DNA from: an uncultured Thermoplasmata archaeon
Lineage (GTDB): Archaea > Thermoplasmatota > Thermoplasmata > RBG-16-68-12
Length of the DNA: 64,000 nucleotides
Reading direction: 5' to 3'
Assembly (NCBI GenBank): GCA_963768855.1
Contig: CAVYJM010000010.1
Location: 32,001 to 96,000 of the forward strand
Each line of letters starts with the position of its first letter. Position 1 is the stretch's first letter. The notes under the pieces were generated by a model. It searched no databases and was not told the origin of the DNA. It worked only from the letters and a program-made list of their open reading frames with translations. Made by a program: the position numbers and the translations under genes. Shown here piece after piece: positions 40,629 to 50,389 of this stretch.

Positions 40629-40958
40629 TCAACCCAGGTGGCGCATCACCCGCACATCCTCCACCGTGATGAGGCCCCCCTTCACCATCTCGCTGATCTT
40701 CGGGATGACCGCAGCGATCTTCTTCTCGGAGTCCACTGCCTCGATAATCACCGGCAGATCCTCGCTGAGCCGCAACGGCGTCGAGGTGTGCAGGAGGCTC
40801 CGCTTCCCGAAGCCGTAGACGCCGCGGGTAACCGTGGCGCCCCAGATCCCTTGTTCCCGCAGATGGTGCACGACCGCCTTGTAGGCGGGGAGGCCACCAT
40901 ATCGGTCCGACTCCCCGAGATAGATCTTCACCCGCACCGCCTTTTCGTCGAGCTCCAT
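40629..40958 (-). CDS. DUF190 family protein
   Basis: IYLGESDRY, GATV.RGV.GFG, LSEDLPVIIE. Typical partner of crcB. Confidence 0.88.
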   Translation of the reverse strand: MELDEKAVRVKIYLGESDRYGGLPAYKAVVHHLREQGIWGATVTRGVYGFGKRSLLHTSTPLRLSEDLPVIIEAVDSEKKIAAVIPKISEMVKGGLITVEDVRVMRHLG

Positions 40959-40959
40959 C

Positions 40960-41349
40960 TCACCCGCCTCCCAGAAGCATCCCGACCGCCCGCCCGAGGT
41001 ATGCTCCGACCACGCATAGGCCTGCGTTCAGGAAAACGTTTCCCGCGGCCCAGCCGAGCTGTCCCCCCGCCAGGAGGGTCACGGTCTCGAGGCTGAATGT
41101 GGACATCGTCGTGTATCCTCCGAAGATCCCGATGAACGCGAAGGCCCTCAGGTCCGAGGAGATGAAGCCACGGCCCATCGCCAGGAAGAAGGTCACCGCC
41201 AGGAGGAAGCTTCCCGTCAGGTTGACAAAGAACGTTCCCCACGGGAAGTCGCCACGGGTCAGATAGCCGGATGCCTCGTAGCGGAGCACGCTTCCGAAAG
41301 CTCCGCCTGCGGCCACGAGTCCCACGAGCTTGGCCTGGTCCCAGTCCAT
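40960..41349 (-). CDS. crcB: Fluoride channel Fluc/CrcB
   Basis: GGAFGSVLRY, FPWGTFFVNLTG, GIFGGYTTMSTF motifs. Confidence 0.93.
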   Translation of the reverse strand: MDWDQAKLVGLVAAGGAFGSVLRYEASGYLTRGDFPWGTFFVNLTGSFLLAVTFFLAMGRGFISSDLRAFAFIGIFGGYTTMSTFSLETVTLLAGGQLGWAAGNVFLNAGLCVVGAYLGRAVGMLLGGG

Positions 41350-41513
41350 CGTCGCACCGTCCCTCGGCGCGGGGACCGGGTGGACCCCGACGCCGTCTCG
41401 CCCGGTTCGCGGTAGAAGCCATCAGCCCCGGGCGGGGCGGTTGGGGTGGGCCTCATCACCCGGGTCGGCGAGACACGGGAATCCCATAAACCTTTGTCGG
41501 TCGACAGCCGGCT

Positions 41514-41819
41514 TCACGGTCTCGCGTGGTAGCGGACCTTGCCGATGAGCAGGTGCCGCGGCACCATGCCGAAGTGGCGGCTGTCGCGGCTGTGGGCCAT
41601 GTTGTCCCCGAGCACGAAGAAGCCCGCCGCGGCGTCGCTGGACATGATCCGCTTGACGAGGAACTGACCGGTCGCCTCGGGATCGCGGAGCACGACGATG
41701 TCTCCGGCCGCCGGGAGGTGCGATCGGTACGCCCACCGGTTCACGAGGACGTAGTCCCCGGAGCGGAGCGTCGGCTCCATGCTCTGGTCTTCGACCCGGA
41801 ACCGGGCGAGGGGGAACAC
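41514..41819 (-). CDS. sodX: Nickel-SOD maturation peptidase SodX (S24/S26 family)
   Basis: VEDQSMEPTL, LVKRI, GDN..HSRDSRHFG. Immediately downstream of sodN. Confidence 0.9.
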   Translation of the reverse strand: MFPLARFRVEDQSMEPTLRSGDYVLVNRWAYRSHLPAAGDIVVLRDPEATGQFLVKRIMSSDAAAGFFVLGDNMAHSRDSRHFGMVPRHLLIGKVRYHARP

Positions 41820-41834
41820 CGTCCCCCAGATTGC

Positions 41835-42356
41835 TCACCCGAGCTTAGGGTAGACGGTCTCGCGGGCCGTCGGGTATGGGGCCTTCGCCTTGAACGTGGC
41901 GATGCCCTTCGTCTTCCAGAAGGCCTCCGCGATCTCGTTGGCGAGCTTGAGCATGTCCTCGGCGGCGGCGAGGTTGATCTCCTGGCGTCCCTTGCTCCCC
42001 GCCTTCAGCGCCTTCCACACGGTGTCGTGGAGCGTCGGGAACTGCTGGAGGTGCTCCGGCTTGAAGTAGTCGCCGTACAGGATGCGGATCTCCTGCTTGT
42101 AGATCTCCGCATGCTGCTCCTTCGTGGCGATGTACCGGCCCAGCTTGCCATGGAACTCCTCCTTCTGCGCCAGGGTCGCGCTCGGTCCCGGGTGCTCGAG
42201 CTGGCCGATCAGGTCGACCATTCGGATGACCGTGTGTGCCGCGAGCTGGGCGTGGTGCGGGTCGTAGATGCCGCAGGGGATGTCGCAGTGTGCGTACGCG
42301 ACCGGGGCCGGGCGGACCCAATCGAGGGCTCGGAGTAGCTTGTGTGCGAGGGACAT
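41835..42356 (-). CDS. sodN: Nickel superoxide dismutase precursor
   Basis: 22-aa leader ending VAYA, then Ni-hook HCDIPCGIYDP; later KEQHAE, YGDYFKPEH and FWKTK. TATA TTTAAATA at 42380-42387. Confidence 0.95.
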   Translation of the reverse strand: MSLAHKLLRALDWVRPAPVAYAHCDIPCGIYDPHHAQLAAHTVIRMVDLIGQLEHPGPSATLAQKEEFHGKLGRYIATKEQHAEIYKQEIRILYGDYFKPEHLQQFPTLHDTVWKALKAGSKGRQEINLAAAEDMLKLANEIAEAFWKTKGIATFKAKAPYPTARETVYPKLG

Positions 42357-42414
42357 GTTCGCGTCGTAGCCGACCCCCATATTTAAACGTGAGGCGGCCT
42401 CGCGACGCCGCGCG

Positions 42415-43515
42415 TCATTTCGACTCTGCCGACGGCTGGGAGAGCGGTGCGCTGGCGACCGCCGTCTTCGGGAAGTTCCGCCGGAATCGCAGCGCCACGT
42501 TCACGAGGCTCATGAGGACGGGCACCTCGATGAGGGGTCCGATGACCGCGGCGAAGGCCTGCCCCGAGGCGATTCCGAACACGCCAATCGTCGTCGCGAT
42601 GGCGAGTTCGAAGTTGTTGCTCGCGGCGGTGAACGACAACGTGGTCGTCTCCTCGTAGGAGAACCCGAGGCGCTTGGACACCGCGAAGGAGAGGAAGAAC
42701 ATGATCACGAAGTACAGGGCGAGGGGCACTGCGATGCGGACGACGTCCCAAGGCAGGCTGACGATGCTGTTCCCGCGGAGGGAGAACATGACGACCACGG
42801 TGAAGAGGAGGCCCAGGATTGCCGTGGGGGCGAGGCGCCTCATGAAGGTGTCCTCATACCAGCGCTCTCCGCGGCGCCGCACGAGGACGGTCCGGGTGAG
42901 GAACCCAAGGAGGAGCGGGATGCCGAGGTAGAACAGGACCGTGCCCGCGACGTCGAGGATGGAGATGGAGACGACCTGGGACGCGGTCAGGCCGCCGATG
43001 ATCCCCGAAAGGAAGGTGATGAAGAACCACGCGAGGACGGAGTAGAGGAGCATCTGGAACACGCTGTTCAGACCCACGAGGAGGGCCGCGTAGTCCGTCG
43101 AGCCTTTCGCCATGGCGTTCCAGACGAGGACCATCGCGATGCACCGCGCGAGCCCGACGATGATGAGCCCGACGCGGTACTGCGGCAGATCCGGGAGGAA
43201 GATCCACGCGAGGGCGAACATCAGGAAGGGCCCCAGGATCCAGTTCTGGAACAGGGACAGGCCCATGAGTCGCCGATTCGTCGCGAGGCGGGGCAGGTCA
43301 CCGTACCTCACGCGGGCGAGGGGCGGGTACATCATCCAGATGAGGCCGATGGCCAGGGGGACGGAGATGCCGGACCACGAGAAGGAGTCCAGCCACCCGG
43401 AGAATCCGGGAACGAAGGCGCCGAGGCCCACGCCGAGGGCCATGGCCAAGATGATCCACAGGGTCGTGAGCCGGTCGAACAGGGAGAGCCCCTCGCCTTC
43501 GGCCACGTCAATCAC
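42415..43515 (-). CDS. acr3: ACR3 family arsenite efflux transporter
   Basis: LIWMMYPPL, QNWILGP, GLARCIAMV, SNNFELAIA, GPLIEVP. GTG 43515 overlaps the arsR stop. Confidence 0.95.
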   Translation of the reverse strand: MIDVAEGEGLSLFDRLTTLWIILAMALGVGLGAFVPGFSGWLDSFSWSGISVPLAIGLIWMMYPPLARVRYGDLPRLATNRRLMGLSLFQNWILGPFLMFALAWIFLPDLPQYRVGLIIVGLARCIAMVLVWNAMAKGSTDYAALLVGLNSVFQMLLYSVLAWFFITFLSGIIGGLTASQVVSISILDVAGTVLFYLGIPLLLGFLTRTVLVRRRGERWYEDTFMRRLAPTAILGLLFTVVVMFSLRGNSIVSLPWDVVRIAVPLALYFVIMFFLSFAVSKRLGFSYEETTTLSFTAASNNFELAIATTIGVFGIASGQAFAAVIGPLIEVPVLMSLVNVALRFRRNFPKTAVASAPLSQPSAESK

Positions 43516-43952
43516 CCGGGTCGGGCATGCGGAGAAGGCTGCGTTCCCTGGTGGTGGTTCTCCGCTCGCGGAGACTCCCCGGGACGGCGATGGACGAGGC
43601 CAATTCCAGCATCCACGAGCCGAAGGACGCGGCGGTCCGGGATTCGGTAAAAGGTCCACTTGCCCTTGGGCTGCGCCTCGACGAGGCCCGCGCGCTCAAG
43701 AATCCCGAGGTGGTGGGAGGTCGTTGGCTGGGTCATCCGGAGAGCGAAGGAGATTTCGCAAACGCAGAGCTCGCGGGGGGCCAGCAGCCTCAGGATGACG
43801 AGTCGATCCGGATTGGAAAGGGCCGCAAAGACCTCGCTCGCGGGCGGTAGGTCCGCCTCTTGAGACACCCGTCGGGCGAGGGTCCTGAGTTCCTCGCTGT
43901 GCTCGGATGCGGTGCACGATAGGCGGAGGCCACTCTCGACAAGATTCTCCAT
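43512..43952 (-). CDS. arsR: ArsR/SmtB family transcriptional regulator
   Basis: FAALSNPDRLVIL, ELCVCEI, QPTTSHHLGILERAGLV. Start trimmed to ATG 43952. Confidence 0.92.
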   Translation of the reverse strand: MENLVESGLRLSCTASEHSEELRTLARRVSQEADLPPASEVFAALSNPDRLVILRLLAPRELCVCEISFALRMTQPTTSHHLGILERAGLVEAQPKGKWTFYRIPDRRVLRLVDAGIGLVHRRPGESPRAENHHQGTQPSPHARPG

Positions 43953-44134
43953 CTGAGGGTCGAACACAGATCCGTGCTCCTGAGTGCCCGCTTGCGTCTT
44001 GCGATCGTGCCCACGGAATGGACTCCTTTGGCCCAAAGTTGCTCGCAAGGCACCCTTGAGGTAGTGAGTACATATACACACATTTAACTATTTCGATTTG
44101 ACCAGATACAGGAAACTGAGAGTGAGGCGACCAG

Positions 44135-44773
44135 ATGAACGGGACGGAGAACATTGAGATCCCGAGTTGGGCATGGGAGTTCCACGGGCACCGTTGCCCG
44201 TTCATGCCGATCGGGTACCGGATGGGAGTCATCGCGATGCGCGAGCTCGGGATTGGAAAGGTGCACGACCACGGAGCCTTCGCTCTCTCGGAGATGGGCG
44301 TCGGCCATCCTCAGACCTGTATGATGGACGGCGTGATGGCCGCGACCGGGTGCACGTACGGGAAGCTGATGATGGAGCGCCTGAACCTCGGTAAGGTGGC
44401 CATGCGTCTCCTTGCTCCCGGGAAAGGCGCGGTGCGGGTGTACCTGAAGACCGAGTTCCAGGACGATTTGGGGAAGCAAGAGTTCTTCGTCTACCGCAAA
44501 CAGGGCATCGAGCCCTCCGACATCCCGAGGGAGGTCACGGAGCCCGCGGTCCGCATGGTCCTCGAGGCGCCCGAGTCCGTTGCGTTCAAGGTCGAGCCTC
44601 TTCCGGACTTCACGTTCTCGCGCCCGAAGGGATCCTTTTCCAAGGTGGCGTGTGCGAAGTGTGGGGAGTATGTCTTCGAGCGCTACGCGAGGCTCGTGGA
44701 CGGCAAGCCCGTGTGCATCCCGTGCTCGGGTTTCACGGAATCCCGGCTGGACTCGCTCAAGGGCATGCAGTGA
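44135..44773 (+). CDS. FmdE-family protein with C-terminal zinc finger
   Basis: FHGHRCPFMPIGYRMG, CMMDGVMAATGCTYGK, CAKCGE...CIPC. Confidence 0.85.
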   Translation: MNGTENIEIPSWAWEFHGHRCPFMPIGYRMGVIAMRELGIGKVHDHGAFALSEMGVGHPQTCMMDGVMAATGCTYGKLMMERLNLGKVAMRLLAPGKGAVRVYLKTEFQDDLGKQEFFVYRKQGIEPSDIPREVTEPAVRMVLEAPESVAFKVEPLPDFTFSRPKGSFSKVACAKCGEYVFERYARLVDGKPVCIPCSGFTESRLDSLKGMQ

Positions 44774-44785
44774 GCCGGTGAGACG

Positions 44786-45560
44786 GTGGACGGCGTCGTG
44801 GTCATCGCAGCCGCCTCAGTGCTCATCGTCTCCTTCGTCTTCTCGATGTTCGGCCAGGGCGGGGGATCTCTGTACACCCCCATCCTGTTCCTCCTCGGAT
44901 ACGCGACCTCGGCCTCCGTGTCCACCTCCCTGGTCCTCAACCTTGTCACGGCCCTCACTGCAACGGTCGTGTACTATCGTGGTGGGTTGGTGAACCTCCG
45001 CCAGGCCTCCGTCTTCGTCCCGGGGATCATCGTGGGGTCCCTCATCGGTGGAGCCCTGAGCGAGTCTGTCGATCCGAATCTCCTCATGTGGCTCTTCGTG
45101 GCGTTCCTCGTCGGCGCCGGGGGGCGGATGCTCTACACATACTGGGAACGAGGGCCGGTCGACACGACGGAGCCCACGCCGTTCTCGCGCCGTCTGACCG
45201 CGGTCATCGTGGTTTTCAGCTTCGTCGTGGGCATCGTGTCCGGGCTGCTGGGGGTGGGCGGCGGCATCCTCATCGTGCCCTTCCTCATCTTCGTGTGCAA
45301 GTACCCCGTGAAGCACTCCGCGGGAGCGGCGGCCTACGTCGTCGTCTTCTCCTCGCTTTTCGGCGTGATCGGCCATTCCGCCGTCGGGCAATTGGACACG
45401 GATCTCATCGCCGTGACGGCGGTCGCGGTCCTCGTCGGAGCGGTCCTCGGGGCGAGTTTCATGACCCGCACGAAGCTCGAAGACGATCAAGGCGGGTTTC
45501 GGCCTGGTCATGCTGGTCTTCGCCATCCAGCTTGTCCTCAAGCTTGCCGGCGTGGTCTGA
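44786..45560 (+). CDS. TauE/SafE (TSUP) sulfite-exporter family membrane protein, frameshift near 45475
   Basis: GQGGGSLYTP and GVGGGILIVP repeats. The hydrophobic C-terminus (KTIKAGFGLVMLVFAIQLVLKLAGVV*) lies in a shifted frame ending at TGA 45560. Confidence 0.85.
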
Positions 45561-45592
45561 CCGCGCGGGTGAATGCTGGAACCCGCCCGACG

Positions 45593-46081
45593 TCAGCGCT
45601 TGCTCCCGGAACGGGCCAGCGTTCGCCTCGAGCGTCCTTCCCGCCTAGAGCCACGCATCCCCGGTTTCCTCGCGGATCCCTTGGCAGGTGCGATCTCGCG
45701 GAGGAGCCGACGAACCCTCCTTTCGATTTCGTCGCGAATCTGGCGGACCTCGTCCAGCGTCCGATCCTTCGGGTCCGGTAGGGCCCAGTCTCTGGCATCC
45801 CCGCGGAAGCGTGCGGGGCACACGTCCTGCGCGGAGCATCCCATCGTCACGACGATGTCACAGGCGGCGAGATCCAACGGGCCGACCCTCTTGGGTCGCT
45901 CGTCGGACAGGTTGATTCCCACCTCTCGCATCGCCTCGACGACCACCGGATGGACCTGCGACGCGGGCAGCGTGCCGCCCGAGATGACCTCGACGCCCGC
46001 AGGAGCCGAGGCCCTAGCGAAACCCGCGGCCATCTGGCTCCGTCCCGCGTTCTCGACGCAGACGAACGCGATCTTGACCAT
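45593..46081 (-). CDS. arsC: Arsenate reductase, LMW-PTP family
   Basis: FVCVENAGRSQMA P-loop, VTMGCS..VCP, WALPDP. Start trimmed to ATG 46081. Confidence 0.88.
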   Translation of the reverse strand: MVKIAFVCVENAGRSQMAAGFARASAPAGVEVISGGTLPASQVHPVVVEAMREVGINLSDERPKRVGPLDLAACDIVVTMGCSAQDVCPARFRGDARDWALPDPKDRTLDEVRQIRDEIERRVRRLLREIAPAKGSARKPGMRGSRREGRSRRTLARSGSKR

Positions 46082-46192
46082 GAGGCCTCGGAGTGACACG
46101 GGACGCGGTACTTGAGGCTGACGCACGGAGTTTCCGTGGATACGCGAGCCTTAACTCCTGCGGCTCGATTCCCGGCCGGTGAGAGCGGCTCC

Positions 46193-47719
46193 ATGAAGAT
46201 CAATGTCGAAGTCGGGGACATCGCCCGCTGGGAGGACGAGGTCGTCGTCGTGAACCTCTTCGAAGGCGTCGGCCACCCGGGCGGGGCCACCGGCGCCGTC
46301 GACACGGCGATCGGCCATCAGATCACCGCCATGATTGCGACCGGTGACATCACAGGGAAGTTCAAGGAAATCGTGGTGTTCCCGAGCTTCGACCGGATCC
46401 CCGGGAACCGCGTGATGGTCGTCGGCCTCGGGAAGCGGGAGGCCTTCACCCTCGACCGCGTCCGAGAGGTCTCGGCCGCGGCGGCGCTCCGGGTCCGCGA
46501 GATGGGGCTCCGGACGTTCGCGACGATCGTCCACGGCGCCGGAGTCGGCGACCTCGACATCGGCGACGCGACCGAGGCGGTCGTGGAAGGCACGATCCTC
46601 GGGCTCTACCGCTACACGGAGCACAAGACGGACAACGACCGCAAGAAGATCGAATCGATGACGCTCGTGAACCTGGACAAGGCGCGAGCCGGGGCGATTC
46701 GCGACGCGGTCCACCGGGCGTCCGTCATCGCGACGATGACGAACTTCGCGCGCGACCTCATCAACGCCCCGAGCAACGAGAAGACGCCGCGTCTCTTCGC
46801 GGACCGCATCCGCACGGCCGCGAAGGAGGCGGGCGCGACGCTCACGGTCTTCGACGAGAAGCAGCTCGAGAAGATGGGCTTCGGCTGCCTGCTCGGGGTC
46901 GCGAAGGGGAGCGTGGAGCCGCCGCGATTCCTGGTCCTCGAGCATCGCGGGGGCGGCAAGTCCAAACCGATCGTGTTCGTGGGCAAGGGCATCACCTTCG
47001 ACTCCGGCGGCATCGCCCTGAAACCCCTCGAGGCGCCCGGCGCGGACCCGATGTGGGTCATGCGCTACGACATGGGTGGCGCGGCGGCGGCCCTGGGCGC
47101 GGTGCTCGCGGCCGCGCGACTCAAGCTGCCCGTGAACGTCGTCGCCCTGGCTCCTCTCAGCGAGAACATGCCGAGCGGCAGCGCGCAGAAGCCCGGAGAC
47201 ATCGTGCGGTCCTTCGGGGGGAAGACGATCGAGGTCCTCAATCCCGATGCGGAGGGCCGGCTCGTCCTCGCCGACGCCCTCGGTTACGCGAAGACCCTGA
47301 AGCCCCAGGCCGTCGTCGATCTGGCGACGCTGACTGGCGCGGTGAAGGTGGCGCTCGGGAAGCACGCGGCCGGGATGTTCTCGAACGATCCGGCGCTCGC
47401 GAAGCGCCTCGTCGACGCGGCCGACGTCATATCGGAGCGAGTGTGGCAGCTCCCCCTGTGGGACGAGTACAACGAGCAGATTCAGAGCGACTTCGCCGAT
47501 GTAAAGAACACGGGCGGGAGGTCTGCCGGGGCGATCACTGCCGCGAAGTTCCTCGAGAAGTTCGCGGAGGACCTGCGGTGGGCGCACCTCGACATCGCCG
47601 GAACGGGATGGATTGAGGACGGTTCCGATTCCCCGAAGAAGGAGTACCTGCCGAAGGGGGCCTCCGGCTACGGCGTCCGGCTCCTCGTGCGGCTCCTGCG
47701 GGACTGGGACGCCGGGTGA
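46193..47719 (+). CDS. pepA: Leucyl aminopeptidase (M17)
   Basis: VGKGITFDSGG, MRYDMGGAA, NPDAEGRLVLADAL, DLATLTGA, HLDIAG. Start trimmed to ATG 46193. Confidence 0.95.
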   Translation: MKINVEVGDIARWEDEVVVVNLFEGVGHPGGATGAVDTAIGHQITAMIATGDITGKFKEIVVFPSFDRIPGNRVMVVGLGKREAFTLDRVREVSAAAALRVREMGLRTFATIVHGAGVGDLDIGDATEAVVEGTILGLYRYTEHKTDNDRKKIESMTLVNLDKARAGAIRDAVHRASVIATMTNFARDLINAPSNEKTPRLFADRIRTAAKEAGATLTVFDEKQLEKMGFGCLLGVAKGSVEPPRFLVLEHRGGGKSKPIVFVGKGITFDSGGIALKPLEAPGADPMWVMRYDMGGAAAALGAVLAAARLKLPVNVVALAPLSENMPSGSAQKPGDIVRSFGGKTIEVLNPDAEGRLVLADALGYAKTLKPQAVVDLATLTGAVKVALGKHAAGMFSNDPALAKRLVDAADVISERVWQLPLWDEYNEQIQSDFADVKNTGGRSAGAITAAKFLEKFAEDLRWAHLDIAGTGWIEDGSDSPKKEYLPKGASGYGVRLLVRLLRDWDAG

Positions 47720-47775
47720 ATGGGCCCCGAGCTCCCCCAACAGGTTTTTGAGATGCCAGACCGTGGGTCGGAACC

Positions 47776-48429
47776 TTGCCCGCGCACCGGGATCTGGACC
47801 TGTTGCTGGGAGAGTTCGCAACGAAGCGACATGCCATCGAAGCCCGGCTGACCGAATTCCGCAAGATCGGCCGAGGATCCGATGCGGTAATCTTCGAAGA
47901 GCTCTGCTTCTCGATCCTTGCGATTCAGTCCAGCGCCCGGTCCAGCGACGCCGCGGTCCGAGGGCTCGCGAGCGAGGGTCTCCTCTGGTCCGGCAGCGAG
48001 ACGGAGATTGCCCGGTTCTTGCGTCATCGCACGCGGTTCCACAACCACAAAGCTGCCTACATCGTGCGCGCGCGGGAGCGATTCTTCCCCGGAGGCGAGC
48101 CCCGCCTTCGGAAGGATCTCGACGCATTCGCGACCTCGCGTGACGCGCGCTCCTGGCTCGTCGCAGAGGTCGACGGATTCGGGCTCAAGGAGGCGAGCCA
48201 CTTCCTCCGCAACATCGGGCGCGGGGAGGACCTCGCCATCCTGGACCGCCACATCCTGCGAAACCTCCTTCGTCACCGGGTCATCGGCCGCATGCCGAAG
48301 TCGCTCACGCCGAAGCGGTACCTCGCCATCGAGGCTCGCATGCAGCAGTTTTCCGAAGGGATTGGCATCTCCCTTGGGATCCTCGACCTGCTGTGGTGGA
48401 GCCGGCAGACCGGGGAGATATTCAAATAA
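47776..48429 (+). CDS. ogg: 8-oxoguanine DNA glycosylase/AP lyase (archaeal Ogg type)
   Basis: EELCFSIL, RFHNHKA.YI, GFGLKEASHFLRNIG, AILDRHIL, LDLLWW. Confidence 0.92.
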   Translation: MPAHRDLDLLLGEFATKRHAIEARLTEFRKIGRGSDAVIFEELCFSILAIQSSARSSDAAVRGLASEGLLWSGSETEIARFLRHRTRFHNHKAAYIVRARERFFPGGEPRLRKDLDAFATSRDARSWLVAEVDGFGLKEASHFLRNIGRGEDLAILDRHILRNLLRHRVIGRMPKSLTPKRYLAIEARMQQFSEGIGISLGILDLLWWSRQTGEIFK

Positions 48430-48442
48430 AGCGCGCGGAGCG

Positions 48443-48667
48443 TCAAAAGGCCTTCCGGTCGCGAAGGAACCAGACGGTCCACAGGATCGCGATGGCCGCG
48501 GCGTCCGCGAGGCCTGTGACCAGCAGGACGGTGAGGTCCGTCGAGACGCTCGGGCCCGGCAGGAACGTCAGGTACGTGAACAGGAAGGCGAACCAGACGA
48601 AGGCGATGAGGACCGTCCCCGCGATGCGCGCCAGGAGCGAACCGCGGTAGCTCATCCTCCGGAGCAT
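48443..48667 (-). CDS. Small two-TM membrane protein
   Basis: 74 aa, two hydrophobic helices, fills the gap between ogg and mutY. Confidence 0.55.
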   Translation of the reverse strand: MLRRMSYRGSLLARIAGTVLIAFVWFAFLFTYLTFLPGPSVSTDLTVLLVTGLADAAAIAILWTVWFLRDRKAF

Positions 48668-48735
48668 CGAGGCCGTGAGGGAAATCGTTTCGCCATCGGC
48701 GGCCCGTTAAGTAGCCGCGCCGTCATGGCGTCGGC

Positions 48736-49860
48736 GTGGAAGCCCCATCGTCGCGGGAAGTCCAGGCGCGGTTGCTCGCCTGGTTCGATGCGGGCCACCG
48801 GGACATGCCTTGGCGGCGCACGAAGGACCCGTACCGCATCCTGGTGGCCGAGGTGCTCCTCCAGCGCACGCGGGTCGTCTCCGGGACCCCGTACTACGAG
48901 CGGTTTGTGTCCAGGTTCCCCGATGTGCAAGCCCTCGCCGCCGCCTCGGAGGAGGAGGTCCTCCAAGCTTGGGAGGGCCTCGGGTTCTACCGCCGCGCGC
49001 GCAACCTCCATGCCGCCGCGAAGGCGATTGTCCAGGACCATGGCGGGAGCGTCCCCTCGACCGCGACGTCGCTTGCTGCGCTCCCCGGGATCGGTCCCTA
49101 CACGGCCGGTGCGGTCGCGTCGATCGCATTCGGGGAGGCCGTCCCGGCCGTCGACGGCAACGTGACCCGGGTCCTGGCGCGCCTGTTCGCAGTCGAGACC
49201 GACGTCACGGCGCGGCCCGGACGGATGCGGATTGCCGAGCTGGCCCGCGAGCTCGTTCCTGGCCGACGGCCGGGTGCGTTCAATCAGGCCCTCATGGAGC
49301 TGGGAGCGACCGTGTGCACGCCCACCCGCCCGGCGTGCCGGACCTGTCCACTCGGAGATACTTGCCTGGCTTACCATGGAGGCCTGGAGGACTCCCTCCC
49401 ACGGACCCGGGCCGCACGCCCGCCGAAGGCGGTGGCCGTTGCCTTCGCGTTCATTCACTCTCGCGGCCGGACGCTCCTCGTCCGTCGCGGCGACGCGGGG
49501 TTGCTCGGAGGCCTTTGGTCCCTTCCTGGAGGTGAGGTCTCCCCTGGTCACGACGACACGAAATCGCTCCGGGACCTTGTGGCGGCCCAAACGGGTATCC
49601 GCATCGAGGTTCGGGAGGACGTGGCTCGGGTCGGCCACACGTTCTCCCACCGCCGATGGACCGGGAGCGTTTACCGATGCATTCCCGTGGCAAGGGAGGA
49701 GCCCTCGGCTGCGGCCCGATGGGTAACGCTTCCGGAAACCCGCGGGATGCCCCTCGTGCCCGCCCATCGGAAGATCCTAGACGAACTCGGGTCGCGGCGC
49801 TCCCTCGAGTCCTTCGTTGAGACAGGGCCCTCCCGGCCGAAGCGACGTCCGTATCAATGA
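48736..49860 (+). CDS. mutY: A/G-specific adenine glycosylase MutY
   Basis: MPWR, EVLLQRT, WEGLGFYRRARNLH, LPGIGPYTA, VDGNV, CTPTRPACRTCP, NUDIX-like C-terminal domain with HTFSH loop. Confidence 0.93.
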   Translation: MEAPSSREVQARLLAWFDAGHRDMPWRRTKDPYRILVAEVLLQRTRVVSGTPYYERFVSRFPDVQALAAASEEEVLQAWEGLGFYRRARNLHAAAKAIVQDHGGSVPSTATSLAALPGIGPYTAGAVASIAFGEAVPAVDGNVTRVLARLFAVETDVTARPGRMRIAELARELVPGRRPGAFNQALMELGATVCTPTRPACRTCPLGDTCLAYHGGLEDSLPRTRAARPPKAVAVAFAFIHSRGRTLLVRRGDAGLLGGLWSLPGGEVSPGHDDTKSLRDLVAAQTGIRIEVREDVARVGHTFSHRRWTGSVYRCIPVAREEPSAAARWVTLPETRGMPLVPAHRKILDELGSRRSLESFVETGPSRPKRRPYQ

Positions 49861-49914
49861 CGAGATTCGGTTGCGTTCTTTGATACGCCCCGACGCCCAC
49901 CCCGGTTCGATTCC

Positions 49915-50358
49915 ATGACATCCGGCGCCACCACGGTGCTCGTCTTCCCCGGGCGGAGGGTCCAGGATCTCCTGGCCGCCTACGAGAAGGCGCTCGTCGA
50001 CTCAGGCTTCGAAATCAAACAGCACGACTGGATGGGGCAGTACTACCTGCACAAGGCCATCCTGGGGGGCAAGGCCAAGGCGTACTTCGTCCGGAAGATT
50101 GTGCCCTTCGGCGAGCTCACGAAGTCGGGCAACCGCCTAGGCGCGGAAGCCCAGATCTACCCGTCCGGGAACCAAGCGGTGCTTCGCGTCGCGGTGGTCC
50201 CCTACATGGAGCTCTTCAACAAGGCGGAGGTCGCCTTCCTGTCCCAGGGCGTATTCGAGAAGATCGTCGACGATGACTGGTCCGTCGAAAAGCTCCATGA
50301 GATCGTGAACCGGATGGCCGCGATCGGCTTCGCCGGCCAGATTCCGGTCCGCCCGTGA
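49915..50358 (+). CDS. Hypothetical protein
   Basis: 147 aa ORF with host-like codon usage and no recognised motif. Confidence 0.65.
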   Translation: MTSGATTVLVFPGRRVQDLLAAYEKALVDSGFEIKQHDWMGQYYLHKAILGGKAKAYFVRKIVPFGELTKSGNRLGAEAQIYPSGNQAVLRVAVVPYMELFNKAEVAFLSQGVFEKIVDDDWSVEKLHEIVNRMAAIGFAGQIPVRP

Positions 50359-50389
50359 GGCTTAAGCGCCCCCGGCCGTTCCTTTCGCC

